From a virus, in IMG/VR virus record IMGVR_UViG_3300045051_000365, positions 1 through 64,000 of that record: DNA of 64,000 bases; one strand, written 5' to 3'. Position 1 is the stretch's first letter. Each line of letters begins with the position of its first letter. Shown in pieces: positions 37,434 through 46,760 of this stretch. Under the pieces are notes generated by a model. It saw only the letters and a list, made by a program, of their open reading frames with translations, did not search any database and was not told the DNA's origin. A program made the translations under genes and the position numbers.

Positions 37434-37742
37434 CTATAACCAGTAAGTTTTCTCTTCTTTCTTGCCGTAGCGATCGACCTTGAATTTAATCGCGTCCTCT
37501 AGGGTATCGAATGTTGTTATTTCTTCCCACCGGACAAATTCCCACCATCCCCCGATCGTGAAAGTATCGCCCCCGCGGATAAAATCATCGATACATACAA
37601 TGACAGCGATCGGGAACATAAGAGAGTACCCGATCCGCTCGAATATATTTCTTTTCCGATAGAGAGTGAAAACTAATTTACCACCGCGATACTTGTCTTC
37701 TACACTCTCGATAACCTTGAACCTTCTATCGTGTTTCATCAT
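37434..37742 (-). CDS. Hypothetical membrane protein
   Basis: Coupled operon; one hydrophobic segment. Confidence 0.55.
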   Translation of the reverse strand: MMKHDRRFKVIESVEDKYRGGKLVFTLYRKRNIFERIGYSLMFPIAVIVCIDDFIRGGDTFTIGGWWEFVRWEEITTFDTLEDAIKFKVDRYGKKEEKTYWL

Positions 37743-37992
37743 TTTTCAACACTCCATAGTAAGTAAAATTCTTTCCCCGCTCCGATCGGATCTTCCCTTC
37801 CGATACCATCCGATCGAGATGTTTTTTAACCGTTTCGGGGCGACGCGTTCCCCATTGTAATCGCTTTAATATTTCGTACACGTCAAGGTAGTTAGAACGT
37901 CCATAATTGTCTAGGACAATAATTAGAACAGATTCGGGTACGTGTCTAAAGCGATCGACAATTCTATCGAGCAAGTCTTTAATTAACCGCAT
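37726..37992 (-). CDS. Winged-HTH-like small protein
   Basis: ETVKKHLDRMVSEGKI...FTYY. Confidence 0.55.
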   Translation of the reverse strand: MRLIKDLLDRIVDRFRHVPESVLIIVLDNYGRSNYLDVYEILKRLQWGTRRPETVKKHLDRMVSEGKIRSERGKNFTYYGVLKNDETR

Positions 37993-38281
37993 ACGTCCAC
38001 CTCGCCGTTAAAATTTTAAAATGCAAAAACGGGATAGCGAAATCTTTAAAATCTGTCGCTTTATCCCCGATCGCTTTCCTCGATCTTTTTGCGTGGATCT
38101 CCCGTACTTTTAAGGTAAATACTATCGCGTCGATCGGGATATAGTTACCGTCGAAATTATTCGCTAGATAAACGGCGAACCCTTCTAACAGGAGAGGGTT
38201 CTTATAGTGAATATCCGTCTCTAGTCTCGCTAGTTCAATCGCGAGAACGGCATTGTATATTTCAGCGGTATTCGCGTTCAT
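37979..38281 (-). CDS. Hypothetical protein
   Basis: Probable ATG at 38281 (MNANTAEIY). Confidence 0.55.
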   Translation of the reverse strand: MNANTAEIYNAVLAIELARLETDIHYKNPLLLEGFAVYLANNFDGNYIPIDAIVFTLKVREIHAKRSRKAIGDKATDFKDFAIPFLHFKILTARWTYAVN

Positions 38282-38469
38282 CTCGCGTAATTCTCCATAG
38301 CCCGACCTATTACCCAAAAGGGTTCTATTAGAGCGAACTCTCCCCGATTCGTGACGAGTAATTCCGCGTATCGATCGAGGCCGATCGATTCCCACGGGTA
38401 CAGATCCCCGATCGCGTCGTTGATAGCGATCTCGAAAGATAAGCGTTCTAAGGTGTTTAATTCGTTCAC
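38278..38469 (-). CDS. Hypothetical protein
   Basis: Coupled to the terS end. Confidence 0.55.
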   Translation of the reverse strand: MNELNTLERLSFEIAINDAIGDLYPWESIGLDRYAELLVTNRGEFALIEPFWVIGRAMENYAR

Positions 38470-39230
38470 TCTTCCTCCTCTCCCGTGATAACCGTGGGAA
38501 TCAGCACGTCATCATCGACTACCGCGGAATCCCTCACGATCGCCGCTATATCGTCGTCAACACCGGGGGCGATCGCCTCCTGTCCTACTAATTTTCCATC
38601 GGGATCGATCACCGCTAACCCGTTCTTTTGAATCACGTTTATCGCGTAGTCGAGAGTATCGAACCCCATGACTTTTTCAAGTACATCTGTCAGCGTTTTC
38701 GACATCGATAGCGCGTCCCGGTGCGACCAGTTCCCGTTCGGTTCGATCGTTAATTGTATCGGTCGGCCGCTCTCGTCTACCGAGGTCACGGTTCTACGGG
38801 AGATCGGGTAGTTTGTCATCGCCTCGATCTTGTCAAGACTTTTCATCGCGATTTTTAGCGTTCTCTCGCGGATTTCTGTCAGGACGTGATCGATATGTCC
38901 GTCTTGATCTTGTATTTTTTTTAACCAGTAAGCTCGCGCCCTTTCTTCCCATCGGTAATTCTTACAGGCGAGTATCCAGTCATCGGGTACTGTCTTAGCT
39001 CGCTTGAATTTCGTTTTCTCGATCGTTTCCCCGGCGGCCTCACCGCAATTAGAGAACGCCCGATTTAACGTCCTGTACCCGCTAGGGACGGGCAGATACC
39101 AAGTTTTAAAGCGTTCGTACCAATCGATCGACTCTAACGGTTGTTGTTCCCATACCGGGAAAGTCACGAGTTCGATCGTTTCCTCGTGAATCGTGTAAGT
39201 TCGTTTTCTGCCGCGTCGCGCTACTACCAT
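38466..39230 (-). CDS. Putative terminase small subunit
   Basis: WEQQPLES...F..Y, W......W.ERA.AY pattern, same strand and upstream of terL. Confidence 0.6.
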   Translation of the reverse strand: MVVARRGRKRTYTIHEETIELVTFPVWEQQPLESIDWYERFKTWYLPVPSGYRTLNRAFSNCGEAAGETIEKTKFKRAKTVPDDWILACKNYRWEERARAYWLKKIQDQDGHIDHVLTEIRERTLKIAMKSLDKIEAMTNYPISRRTVTSVDESGRPIQLTIEPNGNWSHRDALSMSKTLTDVLEKVMGFDTLDYAINVIQKNGLAVIDPDGKLVGQEAIAPGVDDDIAAIVRDSAVVDDDVLIPTVITGEEEE

Positions 39231-39275
39231 CGGATAGGATAAAGTGTTTTTATAAGTTTACCTGACAATTCAAGT

Positions 39276-39884
39276 ATGACAGATAAATCCGATAAGTTAT
39301 CGATCGAGTATCGCCGTCTCTCCGATCTCGTTCCACTGAAAAGTAATAGCAAAAAACACGCGACCGAGAACACGATCGCTCTTATCCTAGAGTTCGGTTT
39401 TAAAGACCCGATCGGCATCGATCCGAGCTTAAACGGCGGAAAAGGCGGAATTACCGAAGGACACGATCGACGTGCCGCATTATTAGAGATTAAAAAACGC
39501 GATATTCCCGCGCCTCGGGGAATTATCCTCGATAAAGACGGAGAATGGATGGTTCCTGTTTTAATCGGGATACATTTAGAATCTGAACCGAAAGCGATTA
39601 AATACTCAGTCCTACACAATCACAGTACAATCCGGGGCGCGGGACTCGATCCGATCGATGAACTGAAACTATTCGATCGGGATCTGTTACTCGAACAAGC
39701 GGAATATCTCGATACTCACGGGGAAGACCTCGGGGCGATCGGGGATTTAAACACGATTCTCGAAACGTTAAACGCGGGAGACGGGGAAAGCGATGAAGAA
39801 ATTCCCGACGATAACCGCAATATAGACGAGGAAAGTTTAGGCGAGACGAAACACGAATGCCCTAACTGTAAATTCCGGTGGTAA
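39276..39884 (+). CDS. ParB/Srx-like protein
   Basis: N.KKH...I.EFGF.DPI...GHDRRAA; C-terminal CPNC; precedes a methylase. Confidence 0.7.
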   Translation: MTDKSDKLSIEYRRLSDLVPLKSNSKKHATENTIALILEFGFKDPIGIDPSLNGGKGGITEGHDRRAALLEIKKRDIPAPRGIILDKDGEWMVPVLIGIHLESEPKAIKYSVLHNHSTIRGAGLDPIDELKLFDRDLLLEQAEYLDTHGEDLGAIGDLNTILETLNAGDGESDEEIPDDNRNIDEESLGETKHECPNCKFRW

Positions 39885-39889
39885 GGACT

Positions 39890-40915
39890 ATGAGTGAATG
39901 GACGTTTCACCCGCGACCACAAACGAAACCTGTAACGGTAAGAGAAGCGTTCGCGGGATTGGACGAAAACGAACCCTGCCCGATCGCTATACCCGAATGG
40001 ATGCGGAAAGTAGCGGGCGAGATGGTAGCCGGGGATTTTAACAGCGATCGGATCAAGCCGATCATCGCGAAGTACAAAAATGGAAAAACGGGCGGTTTTA
40101 TGGCTATTAAGCTGTTATCGTGGGACAAACCATCTTGTACCTTAATTAAATTTAAAAATTGGGAAGCGGGCGGCATAATTCACCCGAACCGAAAGCGATT
40201 CGTTAACGAGCGGGAACTAGCCAGACTCGCGAGCTTTCCCGATGACTTTATATTCCCGCCGTCCCTCGGATTTAAAAACGTTATCGAGCGCGTCGGAAAT
40301 TGCGTACCGCCGTTGCTAATGAAAGCGATCGCCGAAAATTTACGCTTATCCCCGTTCCTACAAGATACCGATCGGCCGACCGTTATCGATACCTTTTCCG
40401 GTTGTGGGGGAAGTTCCCTCGGACTCCATCTCGCGGGATACGATGAACGGTTAGCGGTCGAGTGGGATAACAAGGCGGCCGCGACCTACCGATCGAACTT
40501 TCCCGACGTACCGCTCTATCACGGGGATATAAAAGAACTGTCCCCCGATCGGGCCGTAGAATTATCGGGAGTGAAACCGGGCGACCTCGATCTATTCACC
40601 GGTTCCCCGCCGTGTCAGGGCTTCTCGGTATCCGGTAAGCGCGAACTGCACGACGATCGCAATCAGCTGTTCCGCGAGTATTGCCGGTTACTGGACGCGT
40701 TTAAACCGAAAGCTTTCGTGATGGAAAATGTCAAAGGAATGATCTCCGGACACATGAAACCGATCGCTCTCTCTATATATAGTGAACTCCGATCGTGCGG
40801 TTACGAGGTACGGGGGCAAGTGTTGAACGCTAAATACTACGGGGTTCCTCAATCGCGGGAACGCGTGATCCTAGTCGGGGTTCGGAAAGACCTAGTACAG
40901 AAGCACGATCTATAG
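39890..40915 (+). CDS. Circularly permuted DNA (cytosine-5) methyltransferase
   Basis: RELARL.SFPDDF and GNCVPP (IX/X) precede FSGCGG (I), SPPCQGFS (IV), MENV (VI), QSRER (VIII). Confidence 0.9.
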   Translation: MSEWTFHPRPQTKPVTVREAFAGLDENEPCPIAIPEWMRKVAGEMVAGDFNSDRIKPIIAKYKNGKTGGFMAIKLLSWDKPSCTLIKFKNWEAGGIIHPNRKRFVNERELARLASFPDDFIFPPSLGFKNVIERVGNCVPPLLMKAIAENLRLSPFLQDTDRPTVIDTFSGCGGSSLGLHLAGYDERLAVEWDNKAAATYRSNFPDVPLYHGDIKELSPDRAVELSGVKPGDLDLFTGSPPCQGFSVSGKRELHDDRNQLFREYCRLLDAFKPKAFVMENVKGMISGHMKPIALSIYSELRSCGYEVRGQVLNAKYYGVPQSRERVILVGVRKDLVQKHDL

Positions 40916-41061
40916 AGTCCTATCGATACCCGTCTATCCGAACTATAGAGAAAGACACAGCCAGAAAGTTTCAAGATTTTTTAGGGACGATCTCGCTCGG
41001 ATCGTCCCTATTCCTTTCGTAGCGAGCGTTTCGGGCTGAGAGGGGAGTGTTACCCCGTTAC

Positions 41062-41090
41062 TTGACATATCCAAAAACAGGCGGCATTAT
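41062..41090 (+). promoter_or_regulatory. Sigma70-like promoter of the early-gene array
   Basis: TTGACA-17 nt-CATTAT. Confidence 0.5.
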
Positions 41091-41096
41091 TAAGTC

Positions 41097-42143
41097 ATGG
41101 GAAAGCGAAACACCCAAACAGAAAACATTCAAAAGCGAGAGGACATTATGATTTCCATCGAACAAATTAAAGCTTGTGAAGTTTATTCCGAATTGCAAGC
41201 CGTAGGGAAGGAACTAAACATCGCTCACGAGGCGGGAATCAAGATAGTGGGAGTTTCTAAAGTCGCGCTACGGGAATCGATCGTTAGCTGGATCGAGAAC
41301 AATCTAGTAAACGTATTAGAAACTATCGAAGATTCCGAACCCGATAGCGATGAACTGCAATCGGAAGAAAACGAACTAGAAACCGAACCAGAAACCGAAC
41401 CCGCTATCGAAGAAACCATCGAAACGGAATCCGAAGAAAACGAGAACGAAGTAGAAACCGAACCCTCTCCCGACGAACAAGCGAGCGATAAAGGAAAAAT
41501 CCTAGTAACTTCCGATCTTAAATACGAGATCGAGTATTGGGGAGAGAGTATTAAGTTCTTTGACTATCAAAAGAACGAGGTTTACAAAATTCCCGCGGAT
41601 CTGTTTAAAAGCCTTAACGCTCGCACGAAAGAAGTGTATTTAGTAGACTTTATCGAACACAACACACCCGTACATATTCCCGATATAGAGGAGTGGTTAT
41701 TCTCTAAAGGAATCGGGTACGGATGGACTGACACCGGACTCGTGAACATGGACTGTCGCTTATTCACGGACAGCGACAAATACTACGCGGTCAATAAAGC
41801 CGGGGAAATCGTGTCCACGATGGATAGTGCTTTCTTCAATCCTAAATGGTTTAAGTCTCAAGCTTGGGAGTCGTGGCTCGGGATCGAGAAAAAAGCCCGT
41901 AAATCTAGCGGGGGCGGCGCGCCGGGTTCGCGAGCTAATAATCCGAACGCCAAAACCCCGAAAGTTCCTCAAAAACTTGTCGATTTTATGCGGGAAAAAC
42001 CGCGAACCGTTAGCGAAATGATGGAATTAATGGGATGGAATTACCATAACGCGAGAAATTATCTCAGCTATATCAAGTGGAATGGAATGACCTTGGTTTC
42101 CGAGGGTAAAGGCGAAACGAGAACCCATCACATCGTAGGCTAG
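41097..42143 (+). CDS. Hypothetical protein with acidic linker and C-terminal wHTH
   Basis: ETEP-rich tract; RTVSEMMELMGW...ARNYLS; alternative start at 41148. Confidence 0.7.
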   Translation: MGKRNTQTENIQKREDIMISIEQIKACEVYSELQAVGKELNIAHEAGIKIVGVSKVALRESIVSWIENNLVNVLETIEDSEPDSDELQSEENELETEPETEPAIEETIETESEENENEVETEPSPDEQASDKGKILVTSDLKYEIEYWGESIKFFDYQKNEVYKIPADLFKSLNARTKEVYLVDFIEHNTPVHIPDIEEWLFSKGIGYGWTDTGLVNMDCRLFTDSDKYYAVNKAGEIVSTMDSAFFNPKWFKSQAWESWLGIEKKARKSSGGGAPGSRANNPNAKTPKVPQKLVDFMREKPRTVSEMMELMGWNYHNARNYLSYIKWNGMTLVSEGKGETRTHHIVG

Positions 42144-42207
42144 TCTATCACCGGGGATCACCCGATCCCCTCTCTAGTAAACCTTAATCAATCAATGGAG
42201 TTTAATT

Positions 42208-42372
42208 ATGTTCGCTGTAATTCTCTTGACCGACGCGCATTATGAACAGATTGGCAGAATTATCGATCTCTATTTCTGCCCGGTATCCGAGAAACGAGAG
42301 TACAAAGTAATTCTAGAAAACGGCACGGTAGTTTATTGCGAAGCCGATGATCTAATTCCCGTACTGCTATAA
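42208..42372 (+). CDS. 54-aa hypothetical protein (not in ORF track)
   Basis: GGAGT RBS; MFAVILLTD...DDLIPVLL. Confidence 0.6.
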   Translation: MFAVILLTDAHYEQIGRIIDLYFCPVSEKREYKVILENGTVVYCEADDLIPVLL

Positions 42373-42425
42373 ATCCCCTCGCTTTTGAGTCCTAATCACA
42401 TCAATCATTCAATGGAGTAAAGGCG

Positions 42426-42581
42426 ATGATCGACTATATCGAGTGTTACAACTTTGAAGTTTATTCGGATAATGTGATTGTCGGATACGTCCGGACAGAA
42501 GCGGATATGAGACAGTTTAAATCGATTTATCAATCCCCGTTCTCTCCCGCTATATTTTCCCTAGCTTGTCCGCTTAAATAA
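42426..42581 (+). CDS. 51-aa hypothetical protein (not in ORF track)
   Basis: GGAGT RBS in the shared leader. Confidence 0.55.
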   Translation: MIDYIECYNFEVYSDNVIVGYVRTEADMRQFKSIYQSPFSPAIFSLACPLK

Positions 42582-42637
42582 TCTCCCGATCCGCTTTTTG
42601 AATCCTAGTAAAAACATCAATTATTTCGGAGTAAATC

Positions 42638-42985
42638 ATGTCTGAAACAAAAAAAGAATTCCGTAAGTTATTTTCCAGTATCGCAAAATCCCACCGATTA
42701 AAAGCTGTAGATTTTTACGTTACCGGGGAGTATGTCGCGTTCCCAACTACTTACCTAGTCAGTGAGACATTAGAGGCGTTTAAAGCACTAGGTATCGAGG
42801 CTAAATATCTTTACATCATCGGAGTATCGGTAAAAAAAGAAGAACTGAAAAAAGTAGGAATAGATCTACCCGTGGGAACATATTTCATTCCTACCGACAC
42901 TCGGAAACCGATCGCGAAAAAACAATGGGTAAAAATTGTCGATTCGGAATACTACGCGGATATGTACCCGCGAGGTAGCGTGTAA
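42638..42985 (+). CDS. Hypothetical protein
   Basis: GGAGT RBS; terminator at 43011-43035. Confidence 0.65.
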   Translation: MSETKKEFRKLFSSIAKSHRLKAVDFYVTGEYVAFPTTYLVSETLEAFKALGIEAKYLYIIGVSVKKEELKKVGIDLPVGTYFIPTDTRKPIAKKQWVKIVDSEYYADMYPRGSV

Positions 42986-43132
42986 AATTCCCACCGCTAA
43001 CCGAACACGGCCGCCGATCGCCCCGGCGGTTTTTTCGTATCTCCCTTGTAGTATGTCTGTAGCGAGGCGTAGGGAAAATAGGGACGGGATAGAGGGGATC
43101 GGGAGGGAGAAGAGAGAGAAAAAAGTTATTCC

Positions 43133-43490
43133 TGTTAATGAGTGTTAGGAGAGTTAATAACATTCTCTATCCCTCTCTACGTCGATGTTCTAGCTTTTTG
43201 TTATTGATGTTAGGGCGATTCCCGTGACTTCGTTTCCCCGTGTATATCTCTCCCGATCCCCTCGAAAATAGCTTCTATCCCTATCCTCTCTATTCCCTCG
43301 ATAGAATCTATATCCCGATCGCTTATCGTGTCTCTACGTTCGTTCTTATGGACGGGTTCGGTTATTCCTGTTCCGATCCATTCTTTCCCTCGGATCGGCT
43401 AAACATTCATAACAAATCGCTGTAATCGTTACAGGATAAGACTTTCAGGGTGTTATTGACTCCCTAACATTCCCCCGATCCCGATAACAG
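43133..43490. repeat. Cluster B: two convergent copies of the same TGTTA/TAACA element
   Basis: Units at 43143-43212 (+) and 43401-43469 (-), with the same spacing as cluster A. Confidence 0.85.
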
Positions 43491-43622
43491 GGGATAGATA
43501 GAGAAAAATCTATAGATACTATAGAAAAACTTGTAGAGAAAACTTTAAGGATTTTACTTGACAACTTAAGTAATTTACAGGATGATAGTTTGTGTCAGGA
43601 CAAACAAGCGAGAGGAAACAAG

Positions 43623-43904
43623 ATGAACGAAGTACAGGAACTTCAAGTTTCAAGTCTAATGCCGGGGATTTATGTTATCGGCGTACTAAACGCCGATAAT
43701 CCTAAGCTCGCCCCGTCGCTTTTAAAAATGTTCGTGGGCGAGAACGGGATCGAGATCTATTGGGAAGACTACCCCACGGGGAATAACGGGAAAGGAAATA
43801 AAAAATTCAATTGTTTCGACGCGATCGCTCATTCTCATATTGCGACTATCCCCGTGCATCGAGAAAACTTTACGCCGGTATTTATTACTGGTTCCAATGA
43901 ATAA
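43623..43904 (+). CDS. Hypothetical protein
   Basis: GAGG RBS; promoter-like CTTGACAACTTAAG at 43557. Confidence 0.6.
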   Translation: MNEVQELQVSSLMPGIYVIGVLNADNPKLAPSLLKMFVGENGIEIYWEDYPTGNNGKGNKKFNCFDAIAHSHIATIPVHRENFTPVFITGSNE

Positions 43905-43992
43905 CCCTAGCCGATAGGCGGCCGCGCGGGGTTCGATTCCCCGCTAGGGATTGCCCGAATAGGGCAAATACTAGAAACATTCAACGGAGTAA

Positions 43993-45159
43993 ATGAAAAT
44001 GACGCTATCTATTTCCGATCCCCGCAACGCCGGATGGAATCTAGGCGAACGGAATCGCCAAAAGGCACAGATCGTGTACGGGGGCGTTGATCCCTCGTAT
44101 GGATTGGGGATCGAGTTCGATAAAAACATGACCACGAACGAAGCCTTATCCGAGGTCGGACTGAACTGGCAGATTCAAAAAAGCGAGTATCGGTACGGGA
44201 TGTTCTACGAACGGAATAACCCGAACAAGATAGCCTTATCCGATCCCGAAGGTCGCGATATGGGAACCGTGAGTAAGGAATGGTCTGACAGCCTGATTCC
44301 TTTCGGGCAGTATGTCGATAATTTTCGGAATTTCTGTAGCGAGAATTCCCTACCGCTAGAAAGAATAGGCAAGCTCGAAACTGTCAATCGAGCGGGTGAA
44401 TTGGAACTGAGATTATTTATGGTCGCGGATCTAGCGGGATCGGGGTTCAGTATATGTGGTGATGACCCCAATACGGGAAAGCTGTTAATACAGCACCCGT
44501 TTTATTACGGCGCGGGTCACTCGATTTCTAATATCGCCTTCCGTGTTGTCTGTAGCAACGGAATGGTAGAGAAAGTAAGAGACAAGGTCAAGATCATCGG
44601 ACACAACTCGAACGCCGCTTTAAATATTCAAGCTTGCTTACAGGCCGCCCGTGACGGATGGGAATCCTACAAAAATCGGGTTAACCTTTTAGCCCAAACC
44701 ACGATCACGGGCGCGGAAAGTTTAGTGATCCTGATAGACCGCTACGGAACCCGTCAGGAAAATAAAGATCTCGCCCGTAACCTGCTAGGACGGTTACAGC
44801 AGGAAAAAATAACCGTAGAACAGTTAGATCGCTTAGTTAACTCCATCGATCTAACCGATGAATCGGAAATACTCCGAACCGTTCACGCGATGTATACCCG
44901 TAACGCGTTCATCGGTAGCGACCTCGTTTCATCCCGCGAAACCGCGTGGGGATTACTAAATTGCGTGACAGAATACTACTGTCACAATCGATTAGAAGAG
45001 AGCAAAAATCTTAACCGTAGCGTTAATTCGTTATGGAATGGAAATAGCCAGTCTTCTACTCAAGCTTTCCTAAATTCTATCTCCTCGTTCGCTCACGAGA
45101 AAGCGAACCGAGAAAAACTGAAAACATCGAATATAATCCAAGCCGTCCGCGCTTGGTAG
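43993..45159 (+). CDS. DUF932 (phage/plasmid-like) family protein
   Basis: AL...GLNW.I.K, RVVCSNG, TAWGLLN.VTEY..H, SLW.G. Confidence 0.8.
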   Translation: MKMTLSISDPRNAGWNLGERNRQKAQIVYGGVDPSYGLGIEFDKNMTTNEALSEVGLNWQIQKSEYRYGMFYERNNPNKIALSDPEGRDMGTVSKEWSDSLIPFGQYVDNFRNFCSENSLPLERIGKLETVNRAGELELRLFMVADLAGSGFSICGDDPNTGKLLIQHPFYYGAGHSISNIAFRVVCSNGMVEKVRDKVKIIGHNSNAALNIQACLQAARDGWESYKNRVNLLAQTTITGAESLVILIDRYGTRQENKDLARNLLGRLQQEKITVEQLDRLVNSIDLTDESEILRTVHAMYTRNAFIGSDLVSSRETAWGLLNCVTEYYCHNRLEESKNLNRSVNSLWNGNSQSSTQAFLNSISSFAHEKANREKLKTSNIIQAVRAW

Positions 45160-45226
45160 GAAATAAAATAGCGGGGTGAAATTCCCCGCGTACCCTTCTG
45201 TAAAATTCATTCAATAGGATTGTATC

Positions 45227-45667
45227 ATGACTTACGCTATTCATAGCTTCACTGAAAAATTCAACGACCCCGATCCGCTAAGAAAAATAAAATAGGTTCC
45301 CGATGGAATAGCCTGTCATGACGGATACGATTGTATCGTTTACGAAGAAATTCATCCCGCTAATAATATTCATAAACGACTACTCCTGTCGGTAGTTTAC
45401 GCGCCCTATTCCCCGGTAGACGGATACGAGACTTACAGGGCGATCGGGTATGACAGCAACGAACGCGTTACCGAACAAATAAAGCTCGTAAAATACGCTA
45501 TCGCCCGCCATGACTATCAAGGCACTTTTGCGGTAATCGAGCGAGAAATAAACAAGGAAAAATACTACAACTTCCGCGGAATAGACGAGAAAGATTATCT
45601 CGCCCGGACGTATAGCGAGGGAATGGACGGGGAATGCAAAATAGTTGCGCTTGTGACGGCTAAATAG
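45227..45667 (+). pseudogene. 146-codon gene with one in-frame TAG (45293-45295)
   Basis: AGGA RBS; the frame stays open for 123 codons after the TAG. Confidence 0.65.
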
Positions 45668-45760
45668 GTACTCAAGCCTTACAGGGGAGTTGCGAGGTAT
45701 TCCCCTAGCCTTGCCCGAAAATAGGGCAGTTAACCGAAAATAATCAATGGAGTAAAAGCA

Positions 45761-46249
45761 ATGACTCACGCGTTAGAAATTCAACCGATCGCCTCTATCA
45801 ACATCGAAAATAAAAATATTTTCGTGGGGGCAAAATTCCCGCAATTAAATAAACTAAAAACGCTTGCAGAATACGTGGCGCAACTCGAAAATTTTCATCC
45901 CGACAAACCCGTGATAGAGCGGGTAAAGATAACCGAACAAATAACCCTGTCTCAAGCCGATTACAATCGGTTTACATCCGCTCTAACAGACGATCGGGAT
46001 TGGCTCGCGGGGAAAGGTGGTCACGACAGCGACTATCCGACGGAACTAGAGGGGATGACTTTATTGTCCAATAGCGAAGAGTTTTGTAAATGGCGAGAAA
46101 AAGCCTATCGGATATGTGTTTTGGTCGTGTCCGATACCGATCGCCGGGGAATACTGGTAGATCCGCAAGGGTATAATTACGCCCGCTATGTCGGGTTAAT
46201 AAACGCAAAAACGCTATCGGAAATAACCGAAAAAATTATTAATGAGTAG
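45761..46249 (+). CDS. Hypothetical protein (DUF6329-like)
   Basis: D.DWLAGKGG...ILVDPQGYNYARYVG. Confidence 0.65.
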   Translation: MTHALEIQPIASINIENKNIFVGAKFPQLNKLKTLAEYVAQLENFHPDKPVIERVKITEQITLSQADYNRFTSALTDDRDWLAGKGGHDSDYPTELEGMTLLSNSEEFCKWREKAYRICVLVVSDTDRRGILVDPQGYNYARYVGLINAKTLSEITEKIINE

Positions 46250-46304
46250 AAATAATTCCGCTTTTTGAATCCCATAAAAATAACCATCACCCGAGGAAAA
46301 ATAA

Positions 46305-46535
46305 ATGCTCACGCGCGATATTTGTAACAATTGGTTAAGCGATCAAGGATCGGGAGATCGCTATCGAGTACACAAAAAAGAACCCGATAGAGCGATCGCC
46401 ATCCGAACAGACGGAGCGGAGTCGAACGTGCTTCACGAGATTATCGACGGCGAAAAAATCCAAGTTCTCGATCTCGGATGGGATAAGTGCATCGATCGGC
46501 TACAAAAATATTTTCACGAGGAAAAAATAAAATGA
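46305..46535 (+). CDS. Hypothetical protein
   Basis: GAGG RBS. Confidence 0.55.
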   Translation: MLTRDICNNWLSDQGSGDRYRVHKKEPDRAIAIRTDGAESNVLHEIIDGEKIQVLDLGWDKCIDRLQKYFHEEKIK

Positions 46536-46738
46536 ACACTCAGCCGTTAACCGTATCGAACGCGGGAACCCCGATAGGTAGAACCGTGTTTATCTCCGAA
46601 AAAGAAACTTACTCGGTAGACCTCGATCGGGAATGGACGGCCGCGGAAATAATGCTAGATTCTATCTGGAAAAATAACGCGGAACCCGTCGCCACGATCG
46701 ATCCCCGAGGGATCTTGTGTCTTGACTTTCGGAAATAA
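46532..46738 (+). CDS. Hypothetical protein
   Basis: ATG at 46532, coupled. Confidence 0.5.
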   Translation: MNTQPLTVSNAGTPIGRTVFISEKETYSVDLDREWTAAEIMLDSIWKNNAEPVATIDPRGILCLDFRK

Positions 46739-46760
46739 AAAACAAATAGGAGTAAAAACG

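Noticed and set aside
43905-43970. tRNA gene
   Set aside because: Only a T-arm and closing stem in about 45 nt; no D or anticodon arms.
26294-45667. Genome-wide TAG recoding
   Set aside because: Only two internal TAGs were noticed; long genes have none and many genes end properly at TAG.
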